A DNA stretch of 64,000 nucleotides. Origin: Macrostomum hystrix. Lineage: Eukaryota; Animalia; Platyhelminthes. This document shows, piece by piece, positions 58,001 through 64,000 of the stretch. Below the pieces are notes generated by a model, which worked only from the letters and a program-made list of their open reading frames with translations, made no database searches and was not told the DNA's origin. Numbering within the stretch: the first letter of the stretch is position 1; each line of letters starts with the position of its first letter. Made by a program: the position numbers and the translations under genes. The stretch covers positions 1-64,000 of the forward strand of contig CATNEN010000013.1 of NCBI GenBank assembly GCA_950097015.1, in the 5' to 3' direction.

Positions 58001-61000
58001 CGACGTCGACACCGTCAGCCTCCTTTTCGACCAGGAAGCCAGGAAGCTCGTTGCGAATTCGCGTCCACAGCAGGGGCGGGATGCGCCTGGTGGGCGGCAG
58101 GTGGTACTGGTAGACATCGTTGAGCACCTTCTCATCCAGTGATAGGTTATCCTCAAGTTCAGACTCCGAAATACCGCTCTTTGAGGCGGTGATGTAGGAG
58201 AAAGCATGCGTCACCAGGATCAGGCCATGCTGATTCTCGATGCGCTGGAACAGCTGCATGATGCTGTCGAAGATGTTGAATGACAGCACATTTTTCTCGA
58301 GGGCGTCGTAGGACTTCCAGCGGCAGATCTCGTCGAATACAATCTTGACGAATAGCGGCGAGGTCGACTTGCTGAGCGCCTTGTCGACCACCTGCCACTG
58401 CTGGCTGGTGATTGAGCGACTGGTCGACTGCAGCCAGGCACGCAGAACCTCCAGGGAGAGCGGCTTGCCGAGGTCTTCCAGTTTCAGGAAGTTTCCGGGT
58501 TTGTTCACTTTCAACTTCAGCGTCTTGAGCAGGTTGAAAAAATTTGGCAGGATTGAAACTACAATCTTCACATTCGGTGGAACCTCGTCTGGTAGCCAGA
58601 GCAGCACATGGGCATTGTTCTCAGGCGATAGCTCCTCCAGCGAGTCCAGAAACAACACCAGCGGTCTGACAGCGGAGGCAAAGTTCAGCAGAGCCTTAAA
58701 GTGCTGGATGAGGCGCGGCAGCTCCTCGGGGATGTCAGCGGTTGGCTGATCGTACAGGTAGCAGATGTGTCGGCAAAGATTGGTGAGCAGGACGCCAAGG
58801 GACGAGCTTTGAGGCGACGTGCCCAGAAGGCGGAAGATCACGTTTGGCTCCGTTGACTTCTGCCACTGCCAGATCTGCAGGCGAAGGATTTGTGCGTGGT
58901 AGAGTTAATTGAGCTCATCAATTATCGAAGAAACTGACTACTCAGAAAGTAGGCAGGCTAGGATTGGAATGCATAGAGCAGTCATCGAACGGACTCACCA
59001 GTGTGCTAGCCTTAGCCAGCAGGGAGGTCTTGCCGCAGCCAGGGTCCCCGTGCAGCACAAACAGCTGTCTATTGCGTGAGTCCTGGCAGTAGGTCTCAAT
59101 CTGCTTCAGCTCCGTCTCCCTGCCCTGGAAGACCTGTTCAAATTGTTGCGGCACATTTTTGGTATGCGCGATGGCTGATACATGACTTTTCTCTTCTGTA
59201 GCGTACTTCGAGCTAGCAGTATCTCAAACAAATAAGGACCATCAGTGGCAGCAGTCGTAGAACTTCAGTGACAGCAGTGATGGAGCTCCAGTGACAGCAG
59301 TGATGGAGCTTCAGTGACAGCAGTGATGGAGCTTCAGTGACAGCAGTGATGGAGCTTCAGTGACAGCAGTGATGGAGCTTCAGTGACAGCAGTGATGGAG
59401 CTTCAGTGACAGCAGTTATGGAGCTTCAGTGACAGCAGTGATGGAACTTCAGTGACAGCAGTGATGGAACTTCAGTGACAGCAGTTATGGAGCTTCAGTG
59501 ACAGCAGTGATGGAGCTTCAGTGACAGCAGTGATGGAGCTTCAGTGACAGCAGTGATGGAGCTTCAGTGACAGCAGTGATGGAGCTTCAGTGACAGCAGT
59601 GATGGAGCTTCAGTGACAGCAGTGATGGAGCTTCAGTGACAGCAGTGATGGAGCTTCAGTGACAGCAGTGATGGAGCTTCAGTGACAGCAGTGATGGAAC
59701 TTCAGTGACAGCAGTGATGGAACTTCAGTGACAGCAGTGATGGAGCTTCAGTGACAGCAGTGATGGAGCTTCAGTGACAGCAGTGATGGAACTTCAGTGA
59801 CAGCAGTGATGGAACTTCAGTGACAGCAGTGATGGAGCTTCAGTGACAGCAGTGATGGAGCTTCAGTGACAGCAGTGATGGAGCTTCAGTGACAGCAGTG
59901 ATGGAGCTTCAGTGACAGCAGTGATGGAACTTCAGTGACAGCAGTGATGGAGCTTCAGTGACAGCAGTGATGGAGCTTCAGTGACAGCAGTGATGGAGCT
60001 TCCGTGACAGCAGTGATGGAGCTTCAGTGACAGCAGTGATGGAGCTTCAGTGACAGCAGTGATGGAGCTTCAGTGACAGCAGTGATGGAGCTTCAGTGAC
60101 AGCAGTGATGGAGCTTCAGTGACAGCAGTGATGGAGCTTCAGTGACAGCAGTGATGGAGCTTCAGTGACAGCAGTGATGGAGCTTCAGTGACAGCAGTGA
60201 TGGAGCTTCAGTGACAGCAGTTATGGAGCTTCAGTGACAGCAGTGATGGAACTTCAGTGACAGCAGTGATGGAACTTCAGTGACAGCAGTTATGGAGCTT
60301 CAGTGACAGCAGTGATGGAGCTTCAGTGACAGCAGTGATGGAGCTTCAGTGACAGCAGTGATGGAGCTTCAGTGACAGCAGTGATGGAGCTTCAGTGACA
60401 GCAGTGATGGAGCTTCAGTGACAGCAGTGATGGAGCTTCAGTGACAGCAGTGATGGAGCTTCAGTGACAGCAGTGATGGAGCTTCAGTGACAGCAGTGAT
60501 GGAACTTCAGTGACAGCAGTGATGGAACTTCAGTGACAGCAGTGATGGAGCTTCAGTGACAGCAGTGATGGAGCTTCAGTGACAGCAGTGATGGAACTTC
60601 AGTGACAGCAGTGATGGAACTTCAGTGACAGCAGTGATGGAGCTTCAGTGACAGCAGTGATGGAGCTTCAGTGACAGCAGTGATGGAGCTTCAGTGACAG
60701 CAGTGATGGAGCTTCAGTGACAGCAGTGATGGAACTTCAGTGACAGCAGTGATGGAGCTTCAGTGACAGCAGTGATGGAGCTTCAGTGACAGCAGTGATG
60801 GAGCTTCAGTGACAGCAGTGATGGAGCTTCCGTGACAGCAGTGATGGAGCTTCAGTGACAACAGTGATGGAGCTTCAGTGACAGCAGTGATGGAGCTTCA
60901 GTGACAGCAGTGATGGAGCTTCAGTGACAGCAGTGATGGAGCTTCAGCGACAGCAGTGATGGAGCTTCAGTGACAGCAGTGATAGAACTTTAGTGACAGC

Positions 61001-63911
61001 AGTGATAGAACTTCAGTGACAGCAGTGATAGAACTTTAGTGACAGCAGTGATAGAACTTTAGTGACAGCAGTGATAGAACTTTAGTGACAGCAGTGATAG
61101 AAGTCCAACCTCGCAGAGCTTGGCACAGACGTGGAGGTGCTGCAGAATCTCGGACATTGTAACATCGTCCGACAGCAGGCGGTTGTACTTCATGCCCCGG
61201 TCGATGAGCTGCACCACTCTAGTATAGAAGGTGTCACAAAACTCGTCCACATAGGCTGAAACAGGGCGCGAGGTGGTGCTTGGCCTCGTTAATAATTAAT
61301 TCTGTGTAGAAAATCTGCTTTCTGAGTCAGCGCAACCCTGAGCTGGCTGGCAGTGGCAAATTGCCTGGCTCAAATCACTCGCCCCACTCTCACATTCTCG
61401 TCCGCCCCAGTTGAGAATTGCAAGCTATTGGTAAAAGAGAACTTGGGTTAGTTGAGCTTAAGTTTAGTTGAGGACTCATATGCTCTGTACACAAACCTGA
61501 GTGCTTCAACTGACAACGTTCGAGACAATTCATATGCAATATTCAGGTCTCTGTACAGACTAAACTATTACCAAAGATATTTGATTGCTTCCTGGACTGG
61601 ATCAGATTTGCGTGATTCCATCATCGACACACAATTTTACTGCTATATCATTGTACTAACCTACCTGAGTTCTCCCTCACTGATGCTTCATCTCAGCCAG
61701 CCTGAATCTCACCTGAGTTCTCCCTCACTGATGCTTCATCTCAGCCAGCCTGAATCTCACCTGAGTTCTCCCTCACTGATGCTTCATCTCAGCCAGCCTG
61801 AACCTCACCTGAGTTCTCCCTCACTGATGCTTCATCTCAGCCAGCCTGAATCTCACCTGAGTTCTCCCTCACTGATGCTTCATCTCAGCCAGCCTGAATC
61901 TCACCTGAGTTCTCCCTCACTGATGCTTCATCTCAGCCAGCCTGAATCTCACCTGAGTTCTCCCTCACTGATGCTTCATCTCAGCCAGCCTGAACCTCAC
62001 CTGAGTTCTCCCTAAAGTTCATGAAGCGACTCAAAGTCGGGGTCAGGCTCACCCCGATGAGTGTCCAGGTGAATACCGGCGGGGTCCACCCAGGGCTGTT
62101 TGTAGCGAACAATCGACGATGCCCTCAGCTTGCTGGGTATTTTAACGTCGCGCAGATTGTCCATGAGGTCCTGAGCCTCCTGGTCCACCTCCGTGCCGTT
62201 CATGTCGATGAAGTTGCGTGCCACCCGCCAGTTGGACAGAGTGATGCCCTCCAGGTGCCGCAGGAAGGCCAGCGTGTGCCGGCTGTTGTTCGGCGCCGTC
62301 AGAATGCCGTGAATGTTCTCGCGCTCGGTCACTGTTAATAGTCACGTGATTAGGAAGAACTCATTGGGGATTGCACGGCTGCTCATTTGGTAGTAGTGGA
62401 TAATAAAATAATAATAATAATAATTGATAACACCTGCCCTAATTGAGTCTGATGTGCAGTAGACAGCACCTTCACGACCTTCAAGTCGTGAGTCGGACGC
62501 TCCACTAGGCTACAGAAATAGTAGAGCTACTCATGACAACTGTACAGCTCATTGTTAAGCTTCGATTCAAATCTCAGACAATGCCCTCTCAGTTGAGCAG
62601 TGCCCAGGCCATTGTTCCGTTTTCTACATCAAATTATTAGAAGCAGAATAGTTCGCTGTCTGCTTTGTTATAAACTGTAAAAAGTATTTTTCTTGCTGGA
62701 AGTCACGCAGCACATCATCGACGTCACAGCTGCAGTGAGTTGAAAGTTTTCAACGAATCTTCAACGAAGTAAAAAATGCAAAATTTTTCTTACAAACTCT
62801 TCAAAGCTGTTTGCAATAGAAATACAGATTTTTTGTACTTTTGAGCCGGCAATTGTGAGCAATCCTTCACATGTCGCTAACTGGCTGCAGTCAGCTAAGA
62901 GGCCCCAAGTACAGTTTTTAGCAGCACATTTAAATATAGGTATACTGCGTGACTTCGGTGGAGTCATTGATGCGGAAGAACCCAATTTCGTCTCGGTACC
63001 TATTTTAAGTTAGCAAACTGGCAGAAGCGTTAACTGAGCAGAACTTTGACTGCGATCAACTCAGTCTGTTTGCGCTTCAGCAGTACAAACCTTGTCTTGC
63101 TTTGTTTGCCAAACTATAAAAAAGCACTAAAACGACTTCCTGAGCCTGTGCTGGAGTCAGTGATGAATGCTTTAAACAATGGACAGCTTTTGTTACATTG
63201 TTGCAAGATATGAAAATATAGCTAAAAGCTTTAAAATGATACATATAATTAGTCAAGAATTATTTGCGTTTCGCTTAACCATTAAAACTATTTGTAAAAA
63301 ATTCAGCGCTAATTTCTAGATCCTTTTAGCATTTTCATGATTAAGCGCGCGCCCGACCACTAGTGCAAGATCTATTTTTAGACATTTTCATGATTAAGCG
63401 CGCGCCCGACCACTAGTGCAAGATCTATTTTTAGAAATTTTCATGATTAAGCGCGCGCTCATCCACTGTGCAAGTTCTATTTTTAGACATTTTCATGATT
63501 AAGCGCGCGGTCATCCACTGCGCAAGTTCTATTTTTACACATTTTCATGATTAAGCGCGCGCCCGACCACTAGTGCAAGATCTATTTTTATACATTTTCA
63601 TGATTAATCGCGTGCTCATCCACTGTGCAAGATTTTTTTTCTAGACATTTTCATGATTAAACACACGCTCGTCCACTTGTGTTAGATCTATCTTAAGGAA
63701 TTTTCATGATTAAACACGCGCTCATCTACTAGTACAATGTCTAAAAGTACAAGCGCACCTACTCACCCGACATGAAATAGTTGTGCCGCTGGTCGGCGTC
63801 GATTTTCTGCTCCTGAAATAGCCGGTCAGTTGCCTGGCGGAAGATCAGCTGCATCTTGCCCATTGTTGTCCACCATTCGTTCTGGTGAGCTTCCATCATT
63901 TTTTGCATACC
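55083..63911 (-). CDS. NACHT and WD-repeat domain protein (NWD1/NWD2-like STAND NTPase), 5' exons outside the window
   Basis: Phase-consistent exons: 63911-63767, 62331-62053, 61255-61110, 59133-58999, 58874-55083. Walker A GDPGCGKT, Walker B LVLFLDSLEEL, and YFMSVTERE, RIPPLLWTRIR and YNLRKLSELPFQL typical of NWD proteins. WD repeats include LEGHQFACYG and LDAHFGRIVSM...SSSMDKTIKVWN. The protein ends ENSKACCLQ-stop. Confidence 0.9.
59243..61102. repeat. 23-bp minisatellite, about 80 copies, filling an NWD intron
   Basis: Unit CAGTGACAGCAGTGATGGAGCTT, with variant markers repeating at about 805-828 bp spacing. Confidence 0.98.
61663..62013. repeat. 48-bp minisatellite, about 7 copies (NWD intron)
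   Basis: Unit CTCACCTGAGTTCTCCCTCACTGATGCTTCATCTCAGCCAGCCTGAAT. Confidence 0.96.
63331..63735. repeat. About 53-bp minisatellite, 7-8 copies (NWD intron)
   Basis: Unit ATTTTCATGATTAAGCGCGCGCCCGACCACTAGTGCAAGATCTATTTTTAGAC, with starts at 63331, 63384 and 63437. Confidence 0.93.
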
Positions 63912-64000
63912 CTGCAAAACAATGGCATAGCAGAATCATTGCAGGTTGGATTTCCTACCAAAAGCGCTCACTAGCATCGAGATGAAATGTCATAATACGC

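Overview
This is eukaryotic (metazoan) genomic DNA, not prokaryotic. It has GC-rich spliced exons with GT-AG introns, AT-rich introns and dense minisatellites, a style suggesting a flatworm such as Macrostomum (inference only). Genes, left to right: the 3' end of NUP93 (+); a full-length 14-exon outer-arm axonemal beta dynein heavy chain (-, 1449-18166) with many small indels; a 3-exon choline/ethanolamine phosphotransferase (+); a class A GPCR (-) with one homopolymer frameshift; a 9-exon OCA2/P-protein (-); an orphan charged protein (-); an orphan 5-exon secreted-type protein (-) that the ORF track does not assemble; and a 5'-truncated NACHT-WD40 protein (NWD1/NWD2-like, -) ending in a CaaX-like CCLQ. 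Mobile DNA: a decayed Merlin transposon with intact TIRs and an 8-bp TSD, carrying a nested 303-bp TIR element with its own 8-bp TSD; two copies of a tRNA-derived SINE; and an intact DD34D mariner whose left end is a 460-bp inverted copy of its right end, including transposase coding sequence. About 17 minisatellite arrays (about 10.5 kb) lie right of 22.7 kb and none lie in the dynein locus. The most notable items are the long-TIR mariner, the Merlin with its nested element, the orphan secreted protein, intron inflation by minisatellites, a kB-site palindrome array and a candidate 12-nt dynein microexon. No CRISPR array, rRNA or true tRNA gene was found.
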